A DNA stretch of 44,576 nucleotides from an uncultured bacterium (lineage in GTDB: Bacteria; Krumholzibacteriota; Krumholzibacteriia; WVZY01; JAKEHA01): assembly GCA_965372335.1 (NCBI GenBank), contig CBDVBX010000002.1, forward strand, positions 1-44,576, written 5' to 3'. Under the pieces are notes generated by a model. The model saw only the letters and a program-made list of their open reading frames with translations, did no database searches and was not told where the DNA came from. A program made the position numbers and the translations under genes. How positions within the stretch are numbered: the first letter of the stretch is position 1; the number at the start of each line of letters is the position of its first letter. Shown piece after piece: positions 1-10,381 of the stretch.

Positions 1-2231
1 CCCTTGTAGGGGTTCGGCCCTACGTCTTCGATCACTTCGAGGAAGTCGTCCATGATCTTGGGGATCTTCTTGTAGTCCGTGATGGAGATCTCGTGCATCT
101 CTATTCGCTCCTCTTCGAGAACGAGCTGTTTGAGCTTTTCGCGCACGTTGTCCATGCGGTCCGCGGCCAGTTCGCTGCCGCTTATGAAATGGCACTGGTA
201 ATCGTCGCCCTTCCTGCAACCCATCAGCATGACACCGTCAAAACCGGAAGCGAGCGCGTCGCCCACCCATACCGAGTTCATAGATCCGAGGCAGCGGAGC
301 GGTATGATGCGAATCATCGCGTTATACTGCATTCGCATCATGCCGGCCATGTCGATCGCCGGCATGGCGTCATTTTCACAGACGAACGCCAGTATCCTCG
401 GCTTCTCCTCGAATTCGTCGGGGACATCGATCGCCTTGATCATCTGCGAGACCATGTGGATGCTGAAGTTCTTGAACGATATGATCCGCTCCGGACAGGC
501 GCCGAAACACACACCGCAGCGTCGGCAGCGCATCGGGTTGGGCATCGGCGTGCCCTTGTCGTCTTCGTCGATTGCGCCAAAAGGACACTCTTCCGTGCAC
601 CGCTTGCACTGCGTGCACTTCTGAAAGAAGAAATCGGGAAAGCTCAAGTCGCCGGCGCGCGGGTGCACGGCGGCGCCCCTGGCCACCGATTCGACGACCT
701 GAATCGACTTGAGCGCGGCGCCGTAGGCGTCGTTGGCGCTGGTCGCCAGATCCATCGGTGCCCGCACCGCACCGGCGGCGTAGATGCCAGTCCGTTTGGT
801 CTCGTAGGGGAAGCAGATGAAGTGCGAGTCGGGAAACCCATACTTGAGCGTCGGCAAGTCGGTGCCCTGGCGATAAGTCAGGTTCAAGATCTTGGCTCCC
901 CGTTCGGCGGATTCGGCTTCCTTCTTGCCGTTTTCGGTGAGGCCTTCTGTGGCCTCTGCTTCGGCCGTGCCGGGGTTGTCTGCCGGATCTTCGTCGACCT
1001 TGGTGGTCGGCACCATCCCGGCGGCCAGCACCACCATGTCGGCTTTGATCCGAATGTCGTTACCCATCAGCGTCTGTTCTACATCTACGGCGATCCGACC
1101 ATCGGAATCTTTGGTCACTCCGGCGATTTCACCCTTGGTGAGAAAGACCCCCTCGTCTTCCTGAACGGTGGCGTAGAAACGCTCGTACTGCGCGGGTGTC
1201 CTGACGTCCTTGTAGATGATATAGATCTTAGCGTCTGGGTACTGCTCGCGCACGTACATCGCCTGCTTGAGGGATACCCGGCAACACACCGCAGAACAGT
1301 ACGGCAGGTGATCCTGATCTCGTGATCCTGCGCACTGTATAAAAGCGATGCTGTCGATCGGCTTGCCGTCGGAAGGACGTTTGATGCCACCGTTAGAGAC
1401 CATCTCTTCCATCTGGATATTGGTGATCACATCTGGCGAGCTTCCGTATCCCAGGTGGGAGAGTTTTTCTGGGTCGTAAGGTTTCCAGCCGGTGGCCATG
1501 ATCACAGAACCGACCTTGATTTCGGTGCTCGCTCCACCATTTTTTAGCGACACGGCGAACTGTCCGGGCTGCCCCGAAGTTTTTTCAACGGTGGTCGACT
1601 TGTGAACGGTGATGTTCGAATCCGCCTCGACCGCTTCGATCAGTTGCTCGTAGCCGGAGTCCTCGAGATCTTCGTACGGCGGGTTTTTGGGAAACACCTT
1701 GCGGTATTTCGTTGCCCAGCCACCCAGGCGGCCCTCTTTTTCGACCAGAGTGACTTTGTACCCCGCTTCGGCGGCAGATTTCGCCGCGGTCATGCCGGTG
1801 ATGCCCCCGCCAATCACCATGATGTCCTTGGTGGTTTCTTCGATATGGGGTTCGGGTGGTTCAGTGTGTTGGACTCGAGTCACACCCATACGGATATAAT
1901 CTTCCGCCAGCATCTGAGTGTCCTCGTCATTTCGCGGGTGGCTCCACGCCACGTGTTCGCGAAGGTTCGTCCTGTCCGTCAGAATGTTCTCGCCGAATTC
2001 GAACAGCTCGGGAAACACACGCTGAGAGCAAGCCGCCACCACAACGCGATTGAGCCCTTCACTCTCGATGTCCGATCGGATCGAATCGACGGCCTGCTGG
2101 GTACAGAGGATATCGTGTGTTTTGCAGATCGCGGCTTTCGCTTCGGTCGCAACTTTCGAAAGCTTGTCGAGATCGATGGATTTTCCGATGTCACAGCCCT
2201 TGCATATGTAGACGCCTACTTTTGTTTCCAT
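1..2231 (-). CDS. qmoB: QmoB (HdrA-like flavoprotein fused to MvhD-like domain); stop codon just outside the window
   Basis: Not in ORF track because it runs off the edge. Spot-translated from ATG 2231: METKVGVYICKGC..., GGGITGMTAA FAD motif, GSRDQDHLPYCSAVCC, FPDSHFICFPYETKRTGIY, MvhD-like IRCLGSMN...GC..GDDYQCHF, ending ...GPNPYKG at the edge. Directly downstream of qmoA. Confidence 0.93.
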   Translation of the reverse strand, partial: METKVGVYICKGCDIGKSIDLDKLSKVATEAKAAICKTHDILCTQQAVDSIRSDIESEGLNRVVVAACSQRVFPELFEFGENILTDRTNLREHVAWSHPRNDEDTQMLAEDYIRMGVTRVQHTEPPEPHIEETTKDIMVIGGGITGMTAAKSAAEAGYKVTLVEKEGRLGGWATKYRKVFPKNPPYEDLEDSGYEQLIEAVEADSNITVHKSTTVEKTSGQPGQFAVSLKNGGASTEIKVGSVIMATGWKPYDPEKLSHLGYGSSPDVITNIQMEEMVSNGGIKRPSDGKPIDSIAFIQCAGSRDQDHLPYCSAVCCRVSLKQAMYVREQYPDAKIYIIYKDVRTPAQYERFYATVQEDEGVFLTKGEIAGVTKDSDGRIAVDVEQTLMGNDIRIKADMVVLAAGMVPTTKVDEDPADNPGTAEAEATEGLTENGKKEAESAERGAKILNLTYRQGTDLPTLKYGFPDSHFICFPYETKRTGIYAAGAVRAPMDLATSANDAYGAALKSIQVVESVARGAAVHPRAGDLSFPDFFFQKCTQCKRCTEECPFGAIDEDDKGTPMPNPMRCRRCGVCFGACPERIISFKNFSIHMVSQMIKAIDVPDEFEEKPRILAFVCENDAMPAIDMAGMMRMQYNAMIRIIPLRCLGSMNSVWVGDALASGFDGVMLMGCRKGDDYQCHFISGSELAADRMDNVREKLKQLVLEEERIEMHEISITDYKKIPKIMDDFLEVIEDVGPNPYK

Positions 2232-2235
2232 GATG

Positions 2236-3531
2236 TCATCTCCTCGCGCCCGCGATGATTGCCCTCAAAACCGCGCCGGTTGCTTCCTGTACCGATGCCG
2301 CGACGTCGACGGGCCGCGACGCCACACCGGCACCGATAACACCGGTGCCCGTATGCGGCGCGATGAAGCCGAATTCGTCGAGCGGGGTGTCCAGCGGCGG
2401 CGCGTCGTCGGCGGTGTTGGGCACCATGCCGGTTGCGAGGACCGCTAAATCCACCTCCATCCTTGTGATATCTCCGGTAAGCGTGTTCTCCGCTTCCAGG
2501 ATCACGTTCTTATTGTCGGGATTCTCGGTGATTTTTCCCACCTTGCCCCTGTGGAAAAAAAACTTCTCGTCTTCCTGGACCTTGGTATAAAAATCTTCCA
2601 TGCGGCCTGGCGAACGCACGTCGATGTAAAACATGTGCACTTCCGCTTCGGGGTACCGCTCCCGTATGTAAGTGGCCTGCTTCATCGACGCCAAACAGCA
2701 GATCGCAGAGCAGTAGGGCAGGTGATTGTCGTCGCGGGATCCCGCACATTGCACGAACCCGATCTTCTTGATCTCACCGCCGTCCGACGGCCGCACGATG
2801 TTGCCTTGTGTCGGTCCGTTCTCGGACGCGTAGCGTTCCATCATGACATTCGTGACAACGTTCGGAAACTGGCCGAATCCGAGATTGTCGATTTTGGTGG
2901 CGTCGTACGGTCTCCACCCGGTTGCCCAGATGATTGCGCCGACCTTGGCGGTAATGGTTCTAGGCTGCATGTCCAGCTCGATCGCTCCGTACTCGCACGC
3001 TTCCACGCAGTTATGCATGCGCTCGTCGCCGGCGTACTGAGGATCCACGACGTATCGATTTGGATAGGCCATCAGGTGCGGCAGGTAGATGGCCTTGGTT
3101 TTGTCGATGCCGTAGTTGAAATCGTTTTCGCGCTCGATCTCGCACACCTTCTCGCATTCGCCGCAACAAGTGCATTTGTCGTTGACGTAGCGCGGATTCA
3201 AGCGAATCTGGACTTCGTAGTCTCCGGCTGAACCCGTTACGCCTACGGCCTCTGCCAGCGTCAAAATTCTGACGTTGCCGTTGGATCTCATGCGCTTCAG
3301 ATTGATTTCCATCCCGCAAGTCGGCGGACAGAGCTTGGGGAAATATTGATTCATCGCCGCCACCCGTCCCCCTAATGACGGCATGCGTTCTACCAGAATA
3401 ACTTTTTTGCCGATTTCGGCGGTCTCGATGGCAGCGGTCATGCCCGCGATGCCGCCTCCGACCACAAGCGTTTCGGCCTGGATTTGATCGCTCGAGTCGC
3501 CTCGACCCGCGATCGGTTCGAACTCAGCCAT
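2236..3531 (-). CDS. qmoA: QmoA (HdrA-like FAD/Fe-S subunit)
   Basis: GGGIAGMTAA, YFPKLCPPTCG, CTCCGECEKVC, FVQCAGSRDDNHLPYCSAICC. Start moved to ATG 3531 (MAEFEP) behind an AAGGAG RBS. Confidence 0.93.
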   Translation of the reverse strand: MAEFEPIAGRGDSSDQIQAETLVVGGGIAGMTAAIETAEIGKKVILVERMPSLGGRVAAMNQYFPKLCPPTCGMEINLKRMRSNGNVRILTLAEAVGVTGSAGDYEVQIRLNPRYVNDKCTCCGECEKVCEIERENDFNYGIDKTKAIYLPHLMAYPNRYVVDPQYAGDERMHNCVEACEYGAIELDMQPRTITAKVGAIIWATGWRPYDATKIDNLGFGQFPNVVTNVMMERYASENGPTQGNIVRPSDGGEIKKIGFVQCAGSRDDNHLPYCSAICCLASMKQATYIRERYPEAEVHMFYIDVRSPGRMEDFYTKVQEDEKFFFHRGKVGKITENPDNKNVILEAENTLTGDITRMEVDLAVLATGMVPNTADDAPPLDTPLDEFGFIAPHTGTGVIGAGVASRPVDVAASVQEATGAVLRAIIAGARR

Positions 3532-3750
3532 GCGATTTCTCCTTAAATGTAAAGAGCAAACAGTGGATGCGTGTATCGCTCGAGTTAAATGTTTGTCGAT
3601 AATGACCCGGGGAGAAAGCAATATGGGATCCAGATGCCATCGGTTTGCCTTTGAAAAAATATAGAGCTTTTACACTAACACGACAGTGGTCACCGGACAA
3701 TAGAGAGTCGAAAGTTTTTCAAATGGGACGGATCATATGCAAAGCTCGGT

Positions 3751-4749
3751 CTACTCGGGTTTCGGTATCGGACCGTCGACCTTCTCGACGAGCAAGGCCG
3801 GCCAGTGGAGCATGGCGGTTGTGTGGCGTTTGGTTTCGATGTCCTTGTACACGTACTTCGCCTGTTCGACGGAAATGTCGACCATCTCGGCCAACCTCTC
3901 TGGGGGCAGCTCGTTGCTGAACGCCCATAACGCCAAATCCATTTTGTCGAACGGTAAGGCGTAGTAAAACTCGTCCTGCCCCTGGGGCAAGCTGTACGTG
4001 TCGGTGGTGGGCAAGGCGTTGCAAATCTCTTCGGGCAGACCGAAGAAGCGGGCGAGCGCGTACACTTGCGTTTTGTACAGGTGCGCAATCGGTTTGATGT
4101 CGGCCGAGCCATCGCCGTTTTTTACGAAAAAACCCTGATCGTATTCAACTCGGTTGGGGGTTCCCACCACGGCGTAGTTCAAGCGGTCCGCGTGGAAGAA
4201 CTCTATCGTCTTTCGTGTGCGTTGTTTGAAGTTGGTGGCGGCGACGATCTGCAAGTACTGCTTCAGCGCCAGTCTTTTTCGTTTGATTTCGCCGTCCGGT
4301 GACTGGACGATCAGGTCGAAGTGGTTGATTTTGCCCTCGATGCCGCCGACGATGGCGATCTTGTTCTTCCAGCCCTCACCGTACTCCGGAAATGTTTCTT
4401 TGATGGCTTCGTCTCTCCACTTGTAACAGCCGATCGCTTCCAGCGTTGGGGCGATGTCCACATTCATATAGTCGATACCCAGGTGGTCGACAACCAGCCT
4501 ACCCCTGGGCGTGCTTTCGCTGGCGGTGTCGTGTTCGGGCAAGAGGAGGCCAAAAACCTTTTTGGGCCCGACGGCTTTTACGCAAAGTGCCGCCGAAACC
4601 GCGCTGTCGATCCCCCCGGAGACGGCGATTACCAGCCCTCGCCGCCTGAGGTGATCGCGAAGTATCGTCCGCATACGCGAGACGATCCTTTCGACCTCTT
4701 TTGCTTCGTCGAATTTCAGTTCGTCGGGAAACACGTTTGTCGGTTGCAT
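3751..4749 (-). CDS. nadE: NH3-dependent NAD+ synthetase-like protein (no glutaminase domain)
   Basis: SGGIDS PP-loop, NFKQRTRK, GTPNRVE..QGFFVKNGDG, PIAHLYKTQVY, PTTDT; GGAGG RBS. Confidence 0.85.
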   Translation of the reverse strand: MQPTNVFPDELKFDEAKEVERIVSRMRTILRDHLRRRGLVIAVSGGIDSAVSAALCVKAVGPKKVFGLLLPEHDTASESTPRGRLVVDHLGIDYMNVDIAPTLEAIGCYKWRDEAIKETFPEYGEGWKNKIAIVGGIEGKINHFDLIVQSPDGEIKRKRLALKQYLQIVAATNFKQRTRKTIEFFHADRLNYAVVGTPNRVEYDQGFFVKNGDGSADIKPIAHLYKTQVYALARFFGLPEEICNALPTTDTYSLPQGQDEFYYALPFDKMDLALWAFSNELPPERLAEMVDISVEQAKYVYKDIETKRHTTAMLHWPALLVEKVDGPIPKPE

Positions 4750-4856
4750 CTCAAGCCTCCATCGTTATCAACCATCGCCCAGCGTCTACCGTCGATGTAA
4801 CTCACCTTATGTTCTTATTTTAACCGAGAGATATATTACCACAAAATCCGAGTTTT

Positions 4857-7388
4857 TCACCGCATTTCCAGAGTGTCGACTACCGCTCCGCCGAAATAGT
4901 CGTCGTCTTGGAAGATATCCGAGAGACGCAGATTGAGCAGCAGAGGGAACTGCACCAACTTCATTCTCACCGTGTACCTGCCCGGATGGATGTCGTCGGG
5001 AATCCATATCTGGTAACAATCCTTCAGGATGGTACCTGGTTCCCAATCTTGGGTTCGAAACACACCGTGGGCGGGTAGCAGGTTTCTTCGGAATCGATAC
5101 CTCGCTTGGGTTCTGGACTCCAGTATCTTTCGATGCAGTCTTCCATAACGCTTGTTCCACAACGGACCCTTGGGCACCTCGTGATCGAAGCGAACGATCA
5201 ATACGTGTGGGAACTGCGAACCAGTTTGGGCGGTTTTCTCCCAGAAGACGTCTAAGGCCAGAGTGCTATTTCGCGAAACCGTATTGTCCTCGAATCGGTG
5301 AGCCAGCAGACTGACCGAACCACACACAGCTACAGCCTTGGCCGTTAACGCAGAATCAATGATTGCGGGCTTCAAGACAACATCACGCGCCAAAACGACG
5401 TTCTCGTCCTTTCGCAATTCGTATATCCACTGGTTGTCCCCGGTCCATATTGGTGTGAAGACATCCGGCGATTCCTCGAACTTCGCTTTCTGATGCTCGA
5501 ACATCGGCAGCACGATCGAGTATTGAAACATGTGCCGCGGTTCTGCGAATGTGTGGTTCACAAAAACCAACGTAACGTTGTGACGGTTCATAAGCGCGAC
5601 CGTTTCCGCGATCGTCGTGTAGGGACTCATTATTCGACGTTGATCGATGAGTCTGTCGAGGCCGGTGGGGTCGTTAGGAGGGCCGTGTTGACCTGGGACA
5701 GCCACCACCTTGTGGTGGGTGAAACCCACAATTGTATAACTGGTCACTGGGTCGGCGGCGACACCGTAGGTGCCGGCCATGCCGGAGAGAAATCCAAGGC
5801 CCTCCTTCCACTCATAGGGAACCCGTCCTCTGTGGGTGACGGCTTCCGCCTGGGCAACTACGAATCGCTGCAGTCGACCGAACATAATAGCTGCGACGAT
5901 TAATAACGTCATGATTGTGACGGTTCTCTTTGCCAAAGAATACCGCCCTCGGGCCAGCCCGACCAGGCCCACCAAAAGACACGCAAGCACCAACGCGTAG
6001 GGAATGATCCTAAGAGTCCTGAAAGTCAAATACCCTGCCTTTGGTGCAATCAACGGGGTAATAAATGGATTCACGGCTACGAAGAGGGAACAGACGGTCA
6101 AGGCGACGAGGAAGTAGGAGCTGCGGTGTCCTCCGGTCAATCGTGGCAGAAAAAAAGAGGCAATTACCGCCAGCCACCCAAGCCATCCCAACCAGCGGGA
6201 GAGTTCGGCGACTCCCGCGATATATAGACCGTCGAAGACAAACAGAACACCGTGAAGGTGGGTGTGTACCGGGTTGACCGCGGGTCCGTTGCTTATCCAT
6301 CTCCACACTAACACGGGAGCGCTGCTGGCAAGGAGGACCAGTAGGGACACGGCGAGACCTGAAGATTTCAACGCAGTGAGATGTTGTTTCCACACGCACG
6401 CCAATGCCAGCGCTATGCACCCACCGAAAAACAAAAAGAAACTGGGCAAATGAATTGCCAGAAGCACGAATCCGGATACCGAAGCGAGAGCGAGATCGGT
6501 CCGACGAGATCGTCCGACATACCTCAGGTAAACGGCAAACCCAAGCCACACGATACCTACAGAGAATCTCCCGGGAAACGCGATGCCATTGAACCACTGG
6601 GGATTGCCTTCGGGATAGAGTAGGAAAAAGATCGCTGTCGACAGGACTGAGATTGCCGTTGAGTCGGTCAACTGTCTTGCAAACAGGAAGAACATCAAAC
6701 CCACGAGGGGTCCCAACACTATGGGCAGCCAAAACCAGGAGGTCACGGGGTCTATCCCGCTCCACGTGCACATGATGGCAATGAGGGAGTGGAGGAATCC
6801 TTTCCGGGGATCCGTGCCGATGCCATCCGGCCCTTGGTGTAAAACCGAGCTGGGTTCAATAGACTCGTCGATTAGAATCTGTCGGACGTAGGCGAGGTGG
6901 TCCAAGGAATCCCAGTCGGTGTCGATCCCACCCTGGCTCAACCCCAGTATCAACGACATCGACAACAGAAGTATCAGTACGGCCAAAAAGGACGCCTTGC
7001 TCACTCGCGCAGCTTTTAAGGGCGCCCACCGGCCTTTTCCTTTGACGGCGGCGATGCCGCCCGCCACCACAGCCGTCAACACGTACGCTCCTTCGAGCAC
7101 TCTCAACCCGAAAGCCAAGACGGAGCAAACGAGGCATATTGCGCAATACAGAAAGAGACTCAGAAGAACAGAATAACCTATCCACTCCCATATGTCGGCG
7201 CGACGACGCGAGAGTAGAATCGAACTAGCGGCGAATCCAGGCAGAAAGAACAGGCACAGAAAACTTAGAAAAAACATAAGCGGAGTGAGCGAATGACCGA
7301 GAAAGCTGTTGCAGACGTAGACGAGTGCGTAGGGTAGAAAGTAGAACAACCAGGCCGGATGCAGTCTGCTTGAAAACGCGCGCGTCAT
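4857..7388 (-). CDS. Large polytopic membrane protein, probable GT-C-fold glycosyltransferase with soluble C-terminal domain
   Basis: Many hydrophobic helices; acidic loop DWDSLDHLAYVRQI after the N-terminal helices. Start ATG 7388 overlaps the upstream stop (ATGA). Confidence 0.55.
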   Translation of the reverse strand: MTRAFSSRLHPAWLFYFLPYALVYVCNSFLGHSLTPLMFFLSFLCLFFLPGFAASSILLSRRRADIWEWIGYSVLLSLFLYCAICLVCSVLAFGLRVLEGAYVLTAVVAGGIAAVKGKGRWAPLKAARVSKASFLAVLILLLSMSLILGLSQGGIDTDWDSLDHLAYVRQILIDESIEPSSVLHQGPDGIGTDPRKGFLHSLIAIMCTWSGIDPVTSWFWLPIVLGPLVGLMFFLFARQLTDSTAISVLSTAIFFLLYPEGNPQWFNGIAFPGRFSVGIVWLGFAVYLRYVGRSRRTDLALASVSGFVLLAIHLPSFFLFFGGCIALALACVWKQHLTALKSSGLAVSLLVLLASSAPVLVWRWISNGPAVNPVHTHLHGVLFVFDGLYIAGVAELSRWLGWLGWLAVIASFFLPRLTGGHRSSYFLVALTVCSLFVAVNPFITPLIAPKAGYLTFRTLRIIPYALVLACLLVGLVGLARGRYSLAKRTVTIMTLLIVAAIMFGRLQRFVVAQAEAVTHRGRVPYEWKEGLGFLSGMAGTYGVAADPVTSYTIVGFTHHKVVAVPGQHGPPNDPTGLDRLIDQRRIMSPYTTIAETVALMNRHNVTLVFVNHTFAEPRHMFQYSIVLPMFEHQKAKFEESPDVFTPIWTGDNQWIYELRKDENVVLARDVVLKPAIIDSALTAKAVAVCGSVSLLAHRFEDNTVSRNSTLALDVFWEKTAQTGSQFPHVLIVRFDHEVPKGPLWNKRYGRLHRKILESRTQARYRFRRNLLPAHGVFRTQDWEPGTILKDCYQIWIPDDIHPGRYTVRMKLVQFPLLLNLRLSDIFQDDDYFGGAVVDTLEMR

Positions 7389-8605
7389 ACTTGCTTGTCC
7401 TCGAGGACTTTCCAGCGCAGCTTTTTCGCGATGTCCCCAATCCCTCCCACGGCCATTAAGACCACCAAGGTATCCAGAGGAAGCCGAAAACGTACCTTGG
7501 AGATGAACACCGCGTGGAGGAGTGTGTACGCAAGGAAGAATAAGAATACCAGTCGTGCGCCGCGATTTCTTCGCAAGTTCCTGAAAAGCCAGTATAGACA
7601 AAACGGTAACAGCAGTCCGTAGGAGAGAATACTGGATAGCTTTTTCTTGAAGTCCAACGGGATGCTCATCGGAGCGGGATACAAGCGCCACAGGTTGAGG
7701 GCCTTACTGAACGACAGCGCCAGGAATCGGCCAGGATTTGCCTGGATGTGTTCGATTGCCGCCCGGAAATATGCCAGATCCCGCTCGGCTTCGTTCGCAT
7801 GAGCGGCTTCGATCGCGTCTCGTTCCTCGTCTCGGCCCTCCACATTACGATTACCCGTCGCGGCCTCCGTGCCGGGGTAGTTACCCAACCAGAAATTGTA
7901 ACCCCCATTGGAGGAGACGAGTATGGGGGCTCCCAATTTGTAATAATTCCTCACCGTCCAACTGCCGACAACGATCGACAGGGGAAGCAAAAACAAGATC
8001 GCCAGACGAACGCCTCGACGTGTTCGATCCTCGCAAACGAACCAAACGACTGTCAGGCACAGTGCCGGTAGCACTGAAACCGTGGTGAGTGTCGCGACCC
8101 CTCCTATAAGCCCGGCAAGAGCAGCCTTGAGACCGGACCCCTCCTCAATAGCGCTCAAAACTAACTGGACCACGGCGACCACCAGCAGAATCTGGATTAC
8201 GACGGAGGAGTACACACCCGCCACGAACACGTGTAGTGGATAAACGGCGAGCAGCGCCGCGGCGAGCAGCGATTTTTTTCGTCCGTGAAATTGGCGGGCT
8301 ACCAGGTACGCCAGCAGAATGCTCAGCGTCCCCATAAGTGCCTGCAATAGGCGGGTGCTGGTCACCCCCGGGCCGAAGACCGCCAGAAACATGGGATAGC
8401 CGGGAGGCCAGCTCGCGGTGGGTAGACCTTCTGGGGTAACGTAACTGTGATTCTCGACGAGACTGAGTGCCAAGCGCTGGTATTCTAGCCCGTCATTCCA
8501 ATTGATGGACGGCTCGAGAGTCAACACGTAGCCCAAGCGAAGGAACAACGCCACGAGCAGAATGGGTATCAGCCAGCGTACATTTCGTCGCGTGTCGGTC
8601 CCCAA
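7385..8605 (-). CDS. ArnT/PMT-like (GT-C) membrane glycosyltransferase
   Basis: ALFLRL..WNDGLEY..LA, WPPGYPMFLA, W..RNY, SSNGGYNFWLGN, RFRLP. Probable TTG start at 8605 after GAGG; ORF track extends to 8686. Confidence 0.7.
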   Translation of the reverse strand: MGTDTRRNVRWLIPILLVALFLRLGYVLTLEPSINWNDGLEYQRLALSLVENHSYVTPEGLPTASWPPGYPMFLAVFGPGVTSTRLLQALMGTLSILLAYLVARQFHGRKKSLLAAALLAVYPLHVFVAGVYSSVVIQILLVVAVVQLVLSAIEEGSGLKAALAGLIGGVATLTTVSVLPALCLTVVWFVCEDRTRRGVRLAILFLLPLSIVVGSWTVRNYYKLGAPILVSSNGGYNFWLGNYPGTEAATGNRNVEGRDEERDAIEAAHANEAERDLAYFRAAIEHIQANPGRFLALSFSKALNLWRLYPAPMSIPLDFKKKLSSILSYGLLLPFCLYWLFRNLRRNRGARLVFLFFLAYTLLHAVFISKVRFRLPLDTLVVLMAVGGIGDIAKKLRWKVLEDKQV

Positions 8606-8847
8606 AATCGCCTCGTCTCTGTGAAACAGGATTAGCGCCTCGGCGCACCACTCCTCAAGGGTGCCCCAGATTGCCCCCACGGTCAAGCCCGCGACTCCTG
8701 ATTCTCTTTGATCGTTTGTATATCTGTCCGTATCCTCCGAGAAGGCGACCTCTGGAAGTCCGGGCCGCCCTCGACCTCGGAAAGTTCAAGACCCGCGGTT
8801 GGTCGGCCCAATACCACAAATACGCTCGACTTGGAAGGATAGTTGTC

Positions 8848-10350
8848 ATGTGGAGTCGGCTGTTTCTGGTTGTTCTTGCGTTGTTCACGGTGCTGTATGT
8901 CGGGCACATCGTTGCGCTCGACGTGTTGCCGATGATCGACCTGCCCTATCACCTGGCGGCGGCCACCATCTATCGTGACCGCGACGCGCCCGGCAACAAC
9001 TTCGCCGAGTACTACTCCGTCGATGTCTTTCCAAATCCGAACATCTCCCATCTCGTGTTCTGCGGCGCCGAGGTGTTTTCGTCCGTCGAGACTGCCAATA
9101 AAGTTTATCTGTGTCTCTATGTCATTCTGCTACCGCTGTCCGTATTCCTGCTCATACGGAAACTGAGAGGGGATCCGTGGTTTACGCTGTTGTCGTTCAC
9201 TGTCCTGTACCACTACAGCTTCTCCTGGGGATTCGTCGCTTTCACCATGTCGGTGCCGTTCGTACTCTTCTTCTTTTGTGGGCTGCTCCATCACGCCGAC
9301 AACTCCAGCGCACGCAACAGGGTTGTCCTGGCGCTCCTGCTTCTGTTGCTATTTTTCATGCACATCATGTCGGCGCTGTTTTGCGCGGTGGTGCTTCTGC
9401 TTCACTGCGTCACCGTCTCCCGGACATCCTTCCGCGAGGCAGCCAAAGAGGCGGCCGTTCTAGTTCCGCTTTTGATTCTCATCGTATTGTGGCGGATGTC
9501 TTTGCCTGATGGGGCGGAAGCGCTGGGGGTCGGGACTTACTACCGTTCCGAATATCTACCAACCTTCTACCGTCGAGCGGCGTTCTTTTTCTGGGACAAC
9601 TTCGCTCTCTATGCAAGCGTCAAGGGCTGGATCGTCGCTGCGTGTTTTTCCATTTTTATCGTCCATTTTCCCCTCGTGTCGTGGGCAAAGCGTCGCCCGT
9701 CGGGAAATCCGTGGAAACTCAATTTGTCGACCGAACACCTCTTACTTGTGGCGGCTTTACTATTTTATCTGATCCTGCCGCGCAGGATCCCCGGCACGGC
9801 GCACCTGTACGAGCGGTTTTCCGTGCTGGTGTTGCTGGCGTTGATCCTTCTCGGATCGCGCGTCGTTTCGCAAGGGTGCCCGCGTGTCAGGCGAATCGCG
9901 ATCGTCGGCGTATGTCTTCTGCACTTTGGACTGTGGACGGACTATCACGTCGCGTTTCGCGCCGACGCATCTTCTTTCGGTAGAGAGATCCTTCCAGACG
10001 GCAAAGGCGACGGTCGGTTGGCCGCGTTGATCTTCGACGCCGACTTCCGGGGGCGGCCGGTATACAACCACTTTCAGGACTATTACACGGTGTGGAAACG
10101 CGGGGTCACAGTGAGCAAGGTGGGAGATTTTCGGTACTACCCAATCCGAAAGAAGGCGTCGACGACAGCTCTCCCCGTCTACAACGAATGGATAGGGAAG
10201 TGGGGCAGCTACGACGGCAGATACCGAGACATGGATTACCTGTTGGTAAAAGGGACGCTTCCCGAGGGCATGAGGGAACACCTGGAACGTTTCGCAGCGG
10301 AAGAAGCGGCGGGTGATTGGACACTATACAAAAAGAAAGAGACATTCTGA
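8848..10350 (+). CDS. Polytopic membrane protein, possible GT-C glycosyltransferase
   Basis: LPMIDLPYHLA loop after TM1, WGFVAF, HLYERF, many TM segments. ATG 8848 after GGAAGGA. Confidence 0.55.
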   Translation: MWSRLFLVVLALFTVLYVGHIVALDVLPMIDLPYHLAAATIYRDRDAPGNNFAEYYSVDVFPNPNISHLVFCGAEVFSSVETANKVYLCLYVILLPLSVFLLIRKLRGDPWFTLLSFTVLYHYSFSWGFVAFTMSVPFVLFFFCGLLHHADNSSARNRVVLALLLLLLFFMHIMSALFCAVVLLLHCVTVSRTSFREAAKEAAVLVPLLILIVLWRMSLPDGAEALGVGTYYRSEYLPTFYRRAAFFFWDNFALYASVKGWIVAACFSIFIVHFPLVSWAKRRPSGNPWKLNLSTEHLLLVAALLFYLILPRRIPGTAHLYERFSVLVLLALILLGSRVVSQGCPRVRRIAIVGVCLLHFGLWTDYHVAFRADASSFGREILPDGKGDGRLAALIFDADFRGRPVYNHFQDYYTVWKRGVTVSKVGDFRYYPIRKKASTTALPVYNEWIGKWGSYDGRYRDMDYLLVKGTLPEGMREHLERFAAEEAAGDWTLYKKKETF

Positions 10351-10381
10351 ACACCCGCCCTATTCGTGGCGAGTCGAATCT

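Noticed and set aside
93-2258. Long plus-strand ORFs 93..1325 and 1602..2258
   Set aside because: Antisense shadows of qmoB with no recognisable motifs.
3582-3599. Possible Rex-like site upstream of qmoA (minus strand TCGACAA-ACAT-TTAACTC)
   Set aside because: Too many mismatches to the consensus.
7389-7691. N-terminal extensions in the ORF track (here, and for qmoA, dsrJ, dsrP, 10382..12133 and 8671..10350)
   Set aside because: They overlap neighbouring genes or promoter regions; downstream starts have RBSs or stop-start coupling.
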